Assembly: GCA_963612925.1 (NCBI GenBank)
Contig: CAVDXG010000003.1
Coordinates: 8,267 to 72,266, forward strand
Source: Coriobacteriaceae bacterium
GTDB taxonomy: Bacteria > Bacillota_I > Bacilli_A > RFN20 > CAG-826
Direction of reading: 5' to 3'
DNA length: 64,000 nucleotides
In this document: piece after piece, positions 41,989 through 51,688 of the stretch
How the letters are laid out: each line of letters begins with the position of its first letter
How positions within the stretch are numbered: the stretch's first letter is position 1
Position numbers and translations under genes: made by a program
Notes under the pieces: generated by a model
What the model was told of the DNA's origin: nothing
Database searches by the model: none
What the model saw: the letters and a program-made list of their open reading frames with translations, nothing else

Positions 41989-43701
41989 ATGAACGACATT
42001 AACGTAAATAATAAGGGCAATGCTTCGATTACAAAAAATGTCTTTTGGAAGTTTGGCGAAAGATTTATATCGCAATTAATTTCTTTTGTTGTTTCCTTGC
42101 TTCTTGCAAGGTTCTTATTGCCTGACGATTATGGTGTCGTTGCAATTATTATGATTTTTACGAACATTGCAAATGTTTTTGTTTCAACTGGATTATCGTC
42201 TGCGCTTATTCAAAAGAAAGATGCTGATGAATTAGATTTTTGTACATGTTTCTATACCAGTTTATTCGTATCTATTGTGATGTATTTAATACTCTTTTTT
42301 ACGGCACCGTTAATTTCTACATTTTATGAAAATGACTCTCTAACTTTAATTTTAAGAATATTCGGTTTGTCTTTACTTATAGCGCCGCTGACCTCAATGC
42401 AAGATGCGTCCATATCTAGGAATATGAAATTTAAAAAATATTTCCTCGCAACATTAACCGGTTCTATTTTATCTGGAGTTACGGGTGTAGTTATGGCGTT
42501 TACTGGTTTTGGCCCCTGGGCTTTAGTTGTACAACATCTTTTGAGTTCATTTCTTAATTGCTTAATATTGGTAATAACAGTTCATTGGTTTCCATCATTT
42601 AAGTTTTCATTTGTTAGGTTAAAAATACTTTGGAAATTTGGTTGGAAGGTGTTCTTTGAAGGTTTAGCAAATCAAATTTCAGCACAAATTCGAAATTTAA
42701 TTATCGGAAAAGTTTATACTGATGCTGATTTAGGCTATTACACTAAAGCTCAATCTTTTCCGACATTATTTACGAATAATATTAGTACATCTTTAAGCGC
42801 GGTTTTGTTTCCATCTATGTCCAAAATACAAGATGACAAAGAACGCCTTCTTTTGTTGACAAGAAAGTCTGTTAGAATTTCTTCTTATATTTTATTCCCT
42901 ATGCTTTTTGGGCTCGCTGCGGTTGCATCTACAATGGTGCCTGTTTTATTAACTGATAAATGGAATGATACGGTTCCATACATTTATATTTTTTGTTTTA
43001 CCACTTTGTTAACTGTTGGCATGTATTCAAGACATGAGGCATTAAAAGCTGCAGGTAGAAGCGATGTCTTTATGTTCGAACACATGTTTTCAAGAATAGT
43101 TGATTTTATTTTGTTACTTTTGGTTTTCCGCATTAGCGTGATGGCTATTGCTCTTTCTGGAATTACAAGTGGCTTGATTTTGACTGTCACTATTATGTTT
43201 ACGAGTAAGAAATTTACAGGGTATAGGTATAGAGATCAAATAAAAGATATTGTTGGTTTGTTTTTTATGAGCGTTGCAATGTTTTTGCCTGTCTTTTTGA
43301 TGAATTATTTGCCGATAAATAAAGTAATTATTTTAGTATTGCAAGTTGTTGTTGGTGCAGGCCTTTATGTGCTTTTATCCATTATTTTTAAGCCAGAAGG
43401 ATTTATCTTTTTCCTAAAATTACTTAAAAAAATCCCTTTATTTAACAAAAATTCTGATTCTGCTACTAAATGCAACAAAACTTCAGCGAAAATATCAATG
43501 GTTATAACCGTATTGCTATCTTTCTGCGTTGCTTGCCTTTTAAAGTTTATACCTCTTAATGGAACATATTTATTTCTTGTTCAACTAGGTGGCTTTTTTA
43601 TAACTTTTATCCTGCTATCAATTTTTATGAAGCCTAACATTTTTAATTATTTGTCTTTATTAATTGATAAAATGATAAGTGAATCTAATTATTATGAATG
43701 A
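41989..43701 (+). CDS. wzx: Wzx-type polysaccharide flippase (MOP superfamily) with extra C-terminal TM segments
   Basis: Polytopic. The N-terminus ...KNVFWKFGERFISQLISFVVSLLLARFLLPDDYGVVA is typical of the polysaccharide biosynthesis protein family. ATG 41989 is preferred over TTG 41965. Confidence 0.75.
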   Translation: MNDINVNNKGNASITKNVFWKFGERFISQLISFVVSLLLARFLLPDDYGVVAIIMIFTNIANVFVSTGLSSALIQKKDADELDFCTCFYTSLFVSIVMYLILFFTAPLISTFYENDSLTLILRIFGLSLLIAPLTSMQDASISRNMKFKKYFLATLTGSILSGVTGVVMAFTGFGPWALVVQHLLSSFLNCLILVITVHWFPSFKFSFVRLKILWKFGWKVFFEGLANQISAQIRNLIIGKVYTDADLGYYTKAQSFPTLFTNNISTSLSAVLFPSMSKIQDDKERLLLLTRKSVRISSYILFPMLFGLAAVASTMVPVLLTDKWNDTVPYIYIFCFTTLLTVGMYSRHEALKAAGRSDVFMFEHMFSRIVDFILLLLVFRISVMAIALSGITSGLILTVTIMFTSKKFTGYRYRDQIKDIVGLFFMSVAMFLPVFLMNYLPINKVIILVLQVVVGAGLYVLLSIIFKPEGFIFFLKLLKKIPLFNKNSDSATKCNKTSAKISMVITVLLSFCVACLLKFIPLNGTYLFLVQLGGFFITFILLSIFMKPNIFNYLSLLIDKMISESNYYE

Positions 43702-44656
43702 AATCGAATTATCAATAATTGTCCCAGCATATAATGCAGGAAAATATATTTTCGAATGCATTGACTCAATACTAAAGCAATCTTTTTCTAATTTTGAATT
43801 AATCATCGTGAACGATGGTTCAAAAGATAATACACTTGAGCAGTTAAATGCATTTGCTAAGCAAGATAATCGAGTTGTGTTGATTAACCTCAGCGAAAAT
43901 AAAGGACTATTTAACGCTAGAGTTACTGGATATCTTCGTGCAAAAGGCGAATATATCGGTTGGGTTGATTCCGATGATATTGTTGATGCTGATATGTTTG
44001 AAAAATTAATTGCCAAAGCAAACGAAGGCGATTATGACTGCGTGTATTGTGATTATAGATTTTTTCCAAAACAATCTAGGTTAAAAAATAAATGGTTTAA
44101 ACTTTATAATGGCAAAAACGATTGTTTTTTTATCGACAATAACGGCCAACACTGGAATAAAATTGTTAAAAAAGAAATTTTAGACAAAATTAATTACAAA
44201 TATCTCGAAATGCATATCCAAGAAGGATCTTATGATTTCGTGCTTGCTAGTTGTAAATCCTTTGGCTGTGTTAATGAACCACTTTATTCTTATCGGACTT
44301 CTAATTCTGGCATGTCTAAAAGCTATTTTAAAATTCAGCATTATATTGATGATATTGATTTAGCAGAGAAAATGAAGGAAACTGCAATTTCTCTTAATAT
44401 GGATAGCCAGCGGCTTGAATATTATGATTTCAATGTACTTTATCGTCGATTACTTGCCGCTATCATAGCTGTTAATGTAAATGATAAACAATTGTATATT
44501 GAGCAAAAAAACATTTTAAAAAAGAATAATTTTTTCAATAAATATAAAATATTTATAAAAATGAAATTTTCTTCTTTGAAAATATTCGTTATTAAGAACT
44601 TTTTCTTAAAGAATTATTGTCTTGCAAGAATACTATCAAAAATAATATTCAAATAA
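43694..44656 (+). CDS. Family-2 glycosyltransferase
   Basis: LSIIVPAYNAGKYIFECIDSILKQSFSNFELIIVNDGSKDNT and DSDD. ATG 43694 is preferred and overlaps the wzx end. Confidence 0.85.
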   Translation: MNEIELSIIVPAYNAGKYIFECIDSILKQSFSNFELIIVNDGSKDNTLEQLNAFAKQDNRVVLINLSENKGLFNARVTGYLRAKGEYIGWVDSDDIVDADMFEKLIAKANEGDYDCVYCDYRFFPKQSRLKNKWFKLYNGKNDCFFIDNNGQHWNKIVKKEILDKINYKYLEMHIQEGSYDFVLASCKSFGCVNEPLYSYRTSNSGMSKSYFKIQHYIDDIDLAEKMKETAISLNMDSQRLEYYDFNVLYRRLLAAIIAVNVNDKQLYIEQKNILKKNNFFNKYKIFIKMKFSSLKIFVIKNFFLKNYCLARILSKIIFK

Positions 44657-44674
44657 TATTGAGGTGCGTTTTAT

Positions 44675-45457
44675 ATGAAAGTTGTATTATTAGCCGGTGG
44701 TCACGGCACAAGAATAAACGAAGAATCCCAATTTAAGCCCAAACCAATGATTGAAATTGGTGGAAAGCCTATTTTATGGCACATCATGAAATCATTTTCA
44801 TATTATGGATTTAATGAATTCGTTATTTGCGCTGGTTATAAGCAAGAATACATTAAACAATGGTTCGCGGATTATTTTTTGTCCAACAGCGACATCACCT
44901 TTGACTACACAAATAATAAAAATGAAATGATTGTTCATCAATCTAATTTAGAGCCATGGAAAGTAACTATAGTTGACACCGGGTTTAACACCATGACAGG
45001 TGGAAGAATTAAACGCATTCAAAAATATGTTGGAAGCGAACCTTTCTTTATGACTTATGGTGATGGCGTATGCGATGTCAACATTCAAAAATTATTAGAT
45101 TTTCATAAATCGCACGGAAAGATTGCCACTTTAACCGCGGTTCAAATAGAGCAAGATAAAGGCATTTTAGATATCGGAGGAGATAATGCCGTTAAATCTT
45201 TTAGAGAAAAGAATGTATCCGATGGCTCTCTTATAAATGCTGGGTTTATGGTTTTAAATCCGGAAATATTTAACTATCTTAAAGATGATTCAACAGTCTT
45301 TGAGAAAGAACCGCTTACTCAATTAGCTAAAGACGGGCAATTGATGTCCTACATTCATAAAGGCTTTTGGCAATGCATGGATAATTTAAGGGAGAAAGCT
45401 ATGCTTGAAAGATTGATTGAACTAGATAGAGCTCCTTGGATTAAATGGAATAAATAA
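44675..45457 (+). CDS. rfbF: Glucose-1-phosphate cytidylyltransferase
   Basis: MKVVLLAGGHGTRINEESQFKPKPMIEIGGKPILWHIMK is the RfbF/DdhA signature. Followed by rfbG and rfbH. Confidence 0.88.
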   Translation: MKVVLLAGGHGTRINEESQFKPKPMIEIGGKPILWHIMKSFSYYGFNEFVICAGYKQEYIKQWFADYFLSNSDITFDYTNNKNEMIVHQSNLEPWKVTIVDTGFNTMTGGRIKRIQKYVGSEPFFMTYGDGVCDVNIQKLLDFHKSHGKIATLTAVQIEQDKGILDIGGDNAVKSFREKNVSDGSLINAGFMVLNPEIFNYLKDDSTVFEKEPLTQLAKDGQLMSYIHKGFWQCMDNLREKAMLERLIELDRAPWIKWNK

Positions 45458-45459
45458 AT

Positions 45460-46518
45460 ATGAAAGTTGATTTGAATTTTTATAAAGGAAAAAGAGTATT
45501 TGTAACTGGCCACACCGGTTTTAAAGGTAGTTGGCTTTGCAAGATTCTTTTCGATGCTGGCGCTATTGTAACTGGTTATTCACTTAATCCGCCTACTAAT
45601 CCATCTCTATTTGAAATAGCTAATATTGATAAAATCGTTGATTCGCATATTGGCGATATTCGCGATTATGAGCACTTGAAAAAAGTTTTTGATAAGGCTC
45701 AGCCAGAAATCGTCTTCCATTTAGCGGCTCAGCCAATCGTGAGAGATTCATATAAAAATCCAAAAGAGACCTATGAAATAAATGTAATTGGGACGGTTAA
45801 TATTTTAGAATGTGTAAGGCAAAATAAATGCGTTAAGTCATTTTTAAATGTAACTACTGATAAAGTTTATGAAAACAATGATGTGGATGGACATGCTTTT
45901 AAAGAAGATGAAAAACTTGATGGCTATGATCCTTATTCAAATTCGAAATCTTGTTCTGAACTTGTAACTCATTCATATAAGAAATCATTTTTAAAAGATG
46001 TTGCTGTTTCTACCGCAAGAGCGGGCAATGTTATCGGTGGAGGAGATTTCGCTCACGATAGAATCATTCCAGATTGCGTTCGTGCGGCTATAAAAAAAGA
46101 AGATATTGTTGTAAGAAATCCTTATTCTACAAGGCCATATCAGCATGTTCTTGAACCTTTGTTTGCCTATCTATTAATCGCTGAAGAGCAATATAAGAAT
46201 TCATCTTTGCAAGGCTACTATAATGTTGGACCAGACGACAATAATTGCTTTGAAACCGGTGCTCTTGTTGACTTATTCGTGAAATATTGGGGTGACAGTT
46301 TAAAGTGGATTAATAAATATGATGGAGGCCCTCATGAAGCAGCTTTTCTTAAACTTGATTGCTCAAAATTGAAAAAGACATTTTCATGGAAGCCAACATG
46401 GAATTTAGATAAAGCTATTGAAAAAGTAGTTGAATGGACGAAGTGGTGGCAGTCTAATAAAGATGTTAATGCTATAATGGAAAAACAAATAATGGAATTT
46501 ATCAAAGATGTGGAATAA
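45460..46518 (+). CDS. rfbG: CDP-glucose 4,6-dehydratase
   Basis: Extended SDR with VTGHTGFKGSWL, TTDKVY and YSNSK. Confidence 0.88.
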   Translation: MKVDLNFYKGKRVFVTGHTGFKGSWLCKILFDAGAIVTGYSLNPPTNPSLFEIANIDKIVDSHIGDIRDYEHLKKVFDKAQPEIVFHLAAQPIVRDSYKNPKETYEINVIGTVNILECVRQNKCVKSFLNVTTDKVYENNDVDGHAFKEDEKLDGYDPYSNSKSCSELVTHSYKKSFLKDVAVSTARAGNVIGGGDFAHDRIIPDCVRAAIKKEDIVVRNPYSTRPYQHVLEPLFAYLLIAEEQYKNSSLQGYYNVGPDDNNCFETGALVDLFVKYWGDSLKWINKYDGGPHEAAFLKLDCSKLKKTFSWKPTWNLDKAIEKVVEWTKWWQSNKDVNAIMEKQIMEFIKDVE

Positions 46519-47839
46519 TGAAGAAGAAGCTCGCAAAGAGATAAAAGAACTAGTTAAACAATATTTTCACGATTTTAAGGAAAATAGAAAAGTTTTTAAA
46601 GAAGGCGATCGCATTTCTTATGCATCAAGAGTTTACGATGAAAATGAGATGATGGCTTTAACTGATGCGACGCTAGATTTTTGGTTGACCACTGGTCGAT
46701 TTGCTAAACAATTTGAAAAAGAATTTGCGAAGTGGTTAGGCGTTAGATTTGCTCATTTAGTCAATAGTGGCTCTTCCGCGAATCTAATAGCGTTTATGGC
46801 TCTTACCGCGCCTGAGCTAGGCGAAAGACGAATTAACAAAGGCGATGAAGTCATCACAGTCGCTTGTTGCTTTCCGACTACAATTAGTCCTATTTTGCAA
46901 TACGGTGCAGTACCAGTTTTTGTGGATGTTACTATTCCTCAATATAACATTGATGTTACTCAATTAGAAAAAGCCTATTCTCCTAAGACTAAAGCTGTGA
47001 TGATTGCTCATACTTTAGGCAATCCATTTAACTTAAAGGCAGTTAAAGAATTCTGCGATAAATATAATCTTTGGCTTATTGAAGATAATTGTGACGCATT
47101 AGGAAGTAAGTACACAATTAATGGCATTGCAAAATACACTGGAACATGGGGTGATATAGCTACATCAAGTTTTTACCCCCCTCATCATATGACAATGGGA
47201 GAAGGTGGAGCAGTTTACACAAATAATCCGTTGTTAAATAGATTGATTTTATCTTATCGAGACTGGGGACGGGATTGCATTTGCCCATCTGGGAAAGATA
47301 ATTTCTGTGGAAAACGATTTGATGGCGATTTTGGTCTACTTCCTCATGGTTACGATCATAAATATGTCTATGGTCATTTTGGATATAATTTAAAAGTCAC
47401 TGATTTACAAGCCGCGATTGGCTGCGAACAATTAAAGAAATTTCCTCATTTCATCGAACGAAGGAAAAATAATTGGAATAGACTACATAAAGCGTTAGAA
47501 GATATTCAAGATAAAATTATTCTTCCAGAACCTATAGAAAATAGTGATCCTTCTTGGTTTGGTTTTTTAATTACTGTTAAGGATGGATTGGATAGAAATA
47601 AAATAACTAGTTATATTGAAAGCCATAATATTCAAACCAGACTCTTATTCTCGGGAAATGTTATTAGACATCCATGCTTTGATGATATACGAGAAACTAA
47701 AGCATATAGAGTCGTTGGCCCATTATCTAATAGCGATAAAATAGTTTCCAATACCTTTTGGGTAGGCGTTTATCCTGGCATGAGCGATGAAATGATCGAT
47801 TACATGGCTAAAATTATCAAAGAGGCAGTAAATCAATAA
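46508..47839 (+). CDS. rfbH: CDP-6-deoxy-L-threo-D-glycero-4-hexulose-3-dehydrase (E1, RfbH/DdhC)
   Basis: DegT-family fold, but the usual PLP lysine position reads SSFYPPHHMTMGEGG (His at 47183-47188). A C-x61-C-x-C-x7-C cluster ends in DCICPSGKDNFCG (about 47273-47311). Both are hallmarks of Fe-S/PMP E1 dehydrases. Confidence 0.85.
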   Translation: MWNNEEEARKEIKELVKQYFHDFKENRKVFKEGDRISYASRVYDENEMMALTDATLDFWLTTGRFAKQFEKEFAKWLGVRFAHLVNSGSSANLIAFMALTAPELGERRINKGDEVITVACCFPTTISPILQYGAVPVFVDVTIPQYNIDVTQLEKAYSPKTKAVMIAHTLGNPFNLKAVKEFCDKYNLWLIEDNCDALGSKYTINGIAKYTGTWGDIATSSFYPPHHMTMGEGGAVYTNNPLLNRLILSYRDWGRDCICPSGKDNFCGKRFDGDFGLLPHGYDHKYVYGHFGYNLKVTDLQAAIGCEQLKKFPHFIERRKNNWNRLHKALEDIQDKIILPEPIENSDPSWFGFLITVKDGLDRNKITSYIESHNIQTRLLFSGNVIRHPCFDDIRETKAYRVVGPLSNSDKIVSNTFWVGVYPGMSDEMIDYMAKIIKEAVNQ

Positions 47840-47840
47840 T

Positions 47841-47966
47841 ATGAAATATGGTATTATTGTTTATAATCGAACTAGCACCATAAATATCGGTGATGATATT
47901 CAAATCCTTGCATTAAGGAATTATATGAACGAATTAGATGTTGGGATAAGCCTTTTTAACCGATGA
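47841..47966 (+). pseudogene. 41-codon gene remnant (possible N-terminus of a polysaccharide-modifying enzyme)
   Basis: MKYGIIVYNRTSTINIGDDIQILALRNYMNELDVGISLFNR* reads like a truncated enzyme N-terminus; a pyruvyl-transferase-like GDD motif is a guess. Its stop overlaps the next ORF's upstream ATG. Confidence 0.3.
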
Positions 47967-48019
47967 AAAAGGAAATTAAATTTAATAAAATTGTACATAT
48001 AAATCTATTGGATTATAAA

Positions 48020-48862
48020 ATGAATATCTTAGTTACTGGTTCTACTGGCTTTATGGGAACAAATATTGTTCCTATTTTAAAAGAAAGACATGTTGTTTTT
48101 ACTCCTAATCGACAAGCTTTAAATTTATTTGATAGAGATTCTATTCTTTCCTATATTAAAGATAATTCTATTGATGTTATAGTCCATCTCGCCAACCCAA
48201 ATCCAGTGAAGAACCAAAAATGTGATTCTTTTGATAGATTATTTGAAGATAGTTTAAGAATGTTTATAAATCTATATTCGTTAAAGGATCATTATAAAAA
48301 AATGATATATATTGGTTCTGGTGCGGAATACGATAAAAGATTTGATATTTCTAACGCTAAAGAAAGTGATGTTTTTAATCGCTTGCCTGTTGATTCATAT
48401 GGCTTGGCCAAACACATTATGAATAAATTAATTTTGCTTTCTGATAATGTATTTAATTGTTGCGTTTTTGGCTGTTATGGACCAGGTGATTTTAAAAATA
48501 AATTTATTACACATTGTATAAATTGTTGCAAAAGTAGTGACAAGATTACTATCAATCAAGATTGCAAATTTGATTTCATTCATGTTTTTGACTTAGCTCG
48601 ATATTTGTTATGGATGATTGATGCTGATTTGAAGCACAAGATGTATAATGTTTCAAGCGGACAGCATTTATATTTAACCGAAATTGCTGAAATCGTAAAA
48701 AAAGAGATGCACAGCAGTTTACCTATAGTTGTTTTAAAGCCTGGTTATAATTTAGAATACACCGCGAATGGAGAACGATTATTCAAGGAAAGCGGCTTTA
48801 AGCCTAGCATTTCTATAACTGAAGGAATTAAGATTCAAATTAAATCGCAAAGCAAGGACTAA
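48020..48862 (+). CDS. NAD(P)-dependent sugar reductase/epimerase (paratose/abequose-synthase- or YerF-like SDR)
   Basis: MNILVTGSTGFMG Rossmann motif and catalytic YGLAK. Lies between rfbH and the ThDP enzyme. ATG 48020 is preferred over 47963. Confidence 0.7.
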   Translation: MNILVTGSTGFMGTNIVPILKERHVVFTPNRQALNLFDRDSILSYIKDNSIDVIVHLANPNPVKNQKCDSFDRLFEDSLRMFINLYSLKDHYKKMIYIGSGAEYDKRFDISNAKESDVFNRLPVDSYGLAKHIMNKLILLSDNVFNCCVFGCYGPGDFKNKFITHCINCCKSSDKITINQDCKFDFIHVFDLARYLLWMIDADLKHKMYNVSSGQHLYLTEIAEIVKKEMHSSLPIVVLKPGYNLEYTANGERLFKESGFKPSISITEGIKIQIKSQSKD

Positions 48863-48865
48863 ACA

Positions 48866-50644
48866 ATGAAATTATCTGATTATGTTGCAAAATTTTTAAC
48901 TGATAAAGGCGTTACGACCGTTTTTTCTGTCGTCGGTGGCGGCGCGATGCACCTTAACGACTCGTTTGCTCATCAAAAGGGTTTAAAAGTGATTTATAAT
49001 CACCACGAACAAGCTTCTACCATGGCGGCGGAAAGCTATGCACGGCTTAATAATCAAATCGCTGTGAGTTGTGTGACTACAGGCCCTGGTGGGACTAATA
49101 CAATCACTGGTGTCGTTTGTGCTTGGCAAGACAATATCCCACTTTTAATTATTTCCGGACAAGTTCGTACCGATACAATGGTGGAATCAACTGGATTGTG
49201 TTTAAGGCAATTCGGAGAGCAAGAACATTACATCGTTAAGACTGTTAAAGATATTACAAAATATGCCGTTACGGTAAAAAATAAAAATGATATTCGTTAT
49301 CATCTTGAAAAAGCTCTTTATGAGGCAACTAATGGAAGAAAAGGGCCTTGTTGGATTGACATTCCTTTAGATATTCAAGGTTCTCAAATCGAGCCTGATG
49401 AATTAAAAGGATATGTACCTAAAAAAGTAAAGAATGATACAGCTATTTTAAGTGATGTAGCAAAAGCGATATCAACCGCTAAGCGACCATTAATATTGGC
49501 TGGCACAGCAGTTAGAACATCAGGAATGTATCGCGAATTTAGAAAATTTGTTGAAAAAGTCAATATTCCTGTTGTAGTTGCGACCGCAGTGGCGGATATT
49601 TTCCCTGTTAATGATCGAAATTATTATGGAAATTTTGGCATCATTGGGGGAAGATGTGGCAATTTCTTAGTGCAAAATGCTGATTTGCTCATTGTTTTAG
49701 GTTGCAGAATGGCTTTTAAACATGTTGGATTTAATTATCAAACTTTTTCACTAAATTCCAAAAAAATAGTTGTGGATGTAGATGAAAACGAATTGAAGAA
49801 AAATCTTATCAAAATCGATATTCCTGTTAACATGAATTTATCTGATTTCTTCACTTATTTTGCTGATAAAACTATAAAAGAAAACCAAGATCCTCTCTGG
49901 AGGAAATATTGTGATGAATTAAAAGATAAATTCCCGATATATTTATCATTTTTTGATAAAAGTGAATGTGTTAACCCATATTATTTTGCTAAAAAATTGC
50001 TTGAATGTTCTGATGAAAATATGCTTACAGTCGTTGGCAATAGTTGCGCGTGTGACTGTCTTAGACAAATTGGTATTGCTAAAGAAGGCCAACGAATTTG
50101 GGGCAATATTAACTGCGGAACCATGGGTTATGATCTACCAGGTGCTATTGGGGCTTGCGTCGCAAAGCGTGGTCCAGTTAATTGCGTTACTGGCGATGGT
50201 AGCATAATGATGAATTTGCAGGAATTACAAACAATTGTTTACAATAAATTGCCTGTCAAAATATTTATCCATTCTAATCACGGTTATTTTGCCATAGTTC
50301 AAACGCATACAAATTTCTTTCATCGTTTATCTGGCTGTACAGAGAGCACCGGAATTAGCATGCCAGATTTTTCTAAAATAGCTGATGCATTTGGTTTTCC
50401 ATATTATAGATGCAGAAACCATAAAGAGCTCGATGAAACTTTGCCAAAAATTATCTCAAGTCCTTCTTATTGCATTTGTGAAATAGTTTCAGATACAACT
50501 CAACCCATTATTCCAAAGTGCAAAAGTAAATCACTTCCTGATGGTAAGATGGTCTCACCTCCTATTGATGACTTGTATCCATTCCTGGATAAAGAGGTGT
50601 ATGATAAATATTCAAAATTTGATAATTATGTGAAGGAGAAATAA
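48866..50644 (+). CDS. Thiamine-diphosphate-dependent enzyme, acetolactate-synthase-large-subunit-like (YerE-like sugar C-branching candidate)
   Basis: N-terminal Pyr domain (HEQASTMAAESYARL, TTGPGGTN) and a ThDP-binding motif TGDGSIMMNLQELQTIV...IHSNHGY. Confidence 0.75.
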   Translation: MKLSDYVAKFLTDKGVTTVFSVVGGGAMHLNDSFAHQKGLKVIYNHHEQASTMAAESYARLNNQIAVSCVTTGPGGTNTITGVVCAWQDNIPLLIISGQVRTDTMVESTGLCLRQFGEQEHYIVKTVKDITKYAVTVKNKNDIRYHLEKALYEATNGRKGPCWIDIPLDIQGSQIEPDELKGYVPKKVKNDTAILSDVAKAISTAKRPLILAGTAVRTSGMYREFRKFVEKVNIPVVVATAVADIFPVNDRNYYGNFGIIGGRCGNFLVQNADLLIVLGCRMAFKHVGFNYQTFSLNSKKIVVDVDENELKKNLIKIDIPVNMNLSDFFTYFADKTIKENQDPLWRKYCDELKDKFPIYLSFFDKSECVNPYYFAKKLLECSDENMLTVVGNSCACDCLRQIGIAKEGQRIWGNINCGTMGYDLPGAIGACVAKRGPVNCVTGDGSIMMNLQELQTIVYNKLPVKIFIHSNHGYFAIVQTHTNFFHRLSGCTESTGISMPDFSKIADAFGFPYYRCRNHKELDETLPKIISSPSYCICEIVSDTTQPIIPKCKSKSLPDGKMVSPPIDDLYPFLDKEVYDKYSKFDNYVKEK

Positions 50645-50648
50645 GTCA

Positions 50649-51680
50649 ATGGCAACATTTAAAATAAAAGACAGACTAGTTGGCGAAGGTCAAAAATGCT
50701 TTATTATCGCTGAAGGTTGTGACAACCATATGGGCAATTTAGAAGTTGCTAAAGAGATGGCACTTCAAGCTAAACTTGCCGGTGCAGATTGCATTAAGTT
50801 TCAGCACCACCTGCCTGATGAAGAAATGCTAAAAGATGTTCCTATTTCTAGCAATTTTAATATGCCTTTATATGATTTTTTAAAATTGCACGCCTTAACA
50901 TTAAAACAACATATCGAATTGAAAAAATATTGCGATGAAATTGGCATTATCTATTTATGCACTCCATTTAGCTATAAGGCCGCATGCGAACTCGAAGAAA
51001 ATGGTTTGGCCTACGCTTTTAAAATTGGTTCAGGTGAAATGACTGATATTCCTTCTTTGCTTCGCATTGCAAAATTTGGTAAACCAATGATTATTTCAAC
51101 AGGTATGTGCACTTTTGAAGAAATAAATAGAACTTACAATGCTTTAAAAGACGCTGGTGCACCTTTAGCATTTACTAATTGTTTGTCAGAATATCCGCCG
51201 GTATATGAGGATATTAATTTAGGCGTTATTAAAAAAATGAAAGAAAATTATCCTGATGTTGTAATCGGTCATTCAGATCATACACCAGATTTATATACTT
51301 GCTATGGAGCGGTGGCGTTTGGAGCTAAAATAATTGAAAAACATGTTATTTTAAATAAATTAACTCCTGGGCCTGATCAATCAGTCTCAATTGATTTTCA
51401 TGAATTGCATAATTTAGTTGACGGGGTAAGAAAAGTAGAATTAGCTTTAGGTGAAGAGAAAAAAGTTCGTGAAAAAGAACATCAAATAAGAGCTTGGGCT
51501 TTTCGTAGCATAGTAAGTGTTAAACCCATTAAAAAAGGTGAAGTTATTAGCCAAGAAATGATTTGGTCAAAAAGACCAGGCACTGGCATTCCTTCATATA
51601 GAATGAATGAAGTTTTAGGAAAGAAAGCTAAACGAGATATAAAAGAAAACGTTTTATTATCTTTTGATGACTTCGAATAG
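50649..51680 (+). CDS. neuB: N-acetylneuraminate (nonulosonate) synthase family protein
   Basis: CFIIAEGCDNHMGNLEVAKEM, GADCIKFQ and a C-terminal SAF domain. Strong RBS AAGGAGAA. Confidence 0.85.
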   Translation: MATFKIKDRLVGEGQKCFIIAEGCDNHMGNLEVAKEMALQAKLAGADCIKFQHHLPDEEMLKDVPISSNFNMPLYDFLKLHALTLKQHIELKKYCDEIGIIYLCTPFSYKAACELEENGLAYAFKIGSGEMTDIPSLLRIAKFGKPMIISTGMCTFEEINRTYNALKDAGAPLAFTNCLSEYPPVYEDINLGVIKKMKENYPDVVIGHSDHTPDLYTCYGAVAFGAKIIEKHVILNKLTPGPDQSVSIDFHELHNLVDGVRKVELALGEEKKVREKEHQIRAWAFRSIVSVKPIKKGEVISQEMIWSKRPGTGIPSYRMNEVLGKKAKRDIKENVLLSFDDFE

Positions 51681-51688
51681 GAACTCAT

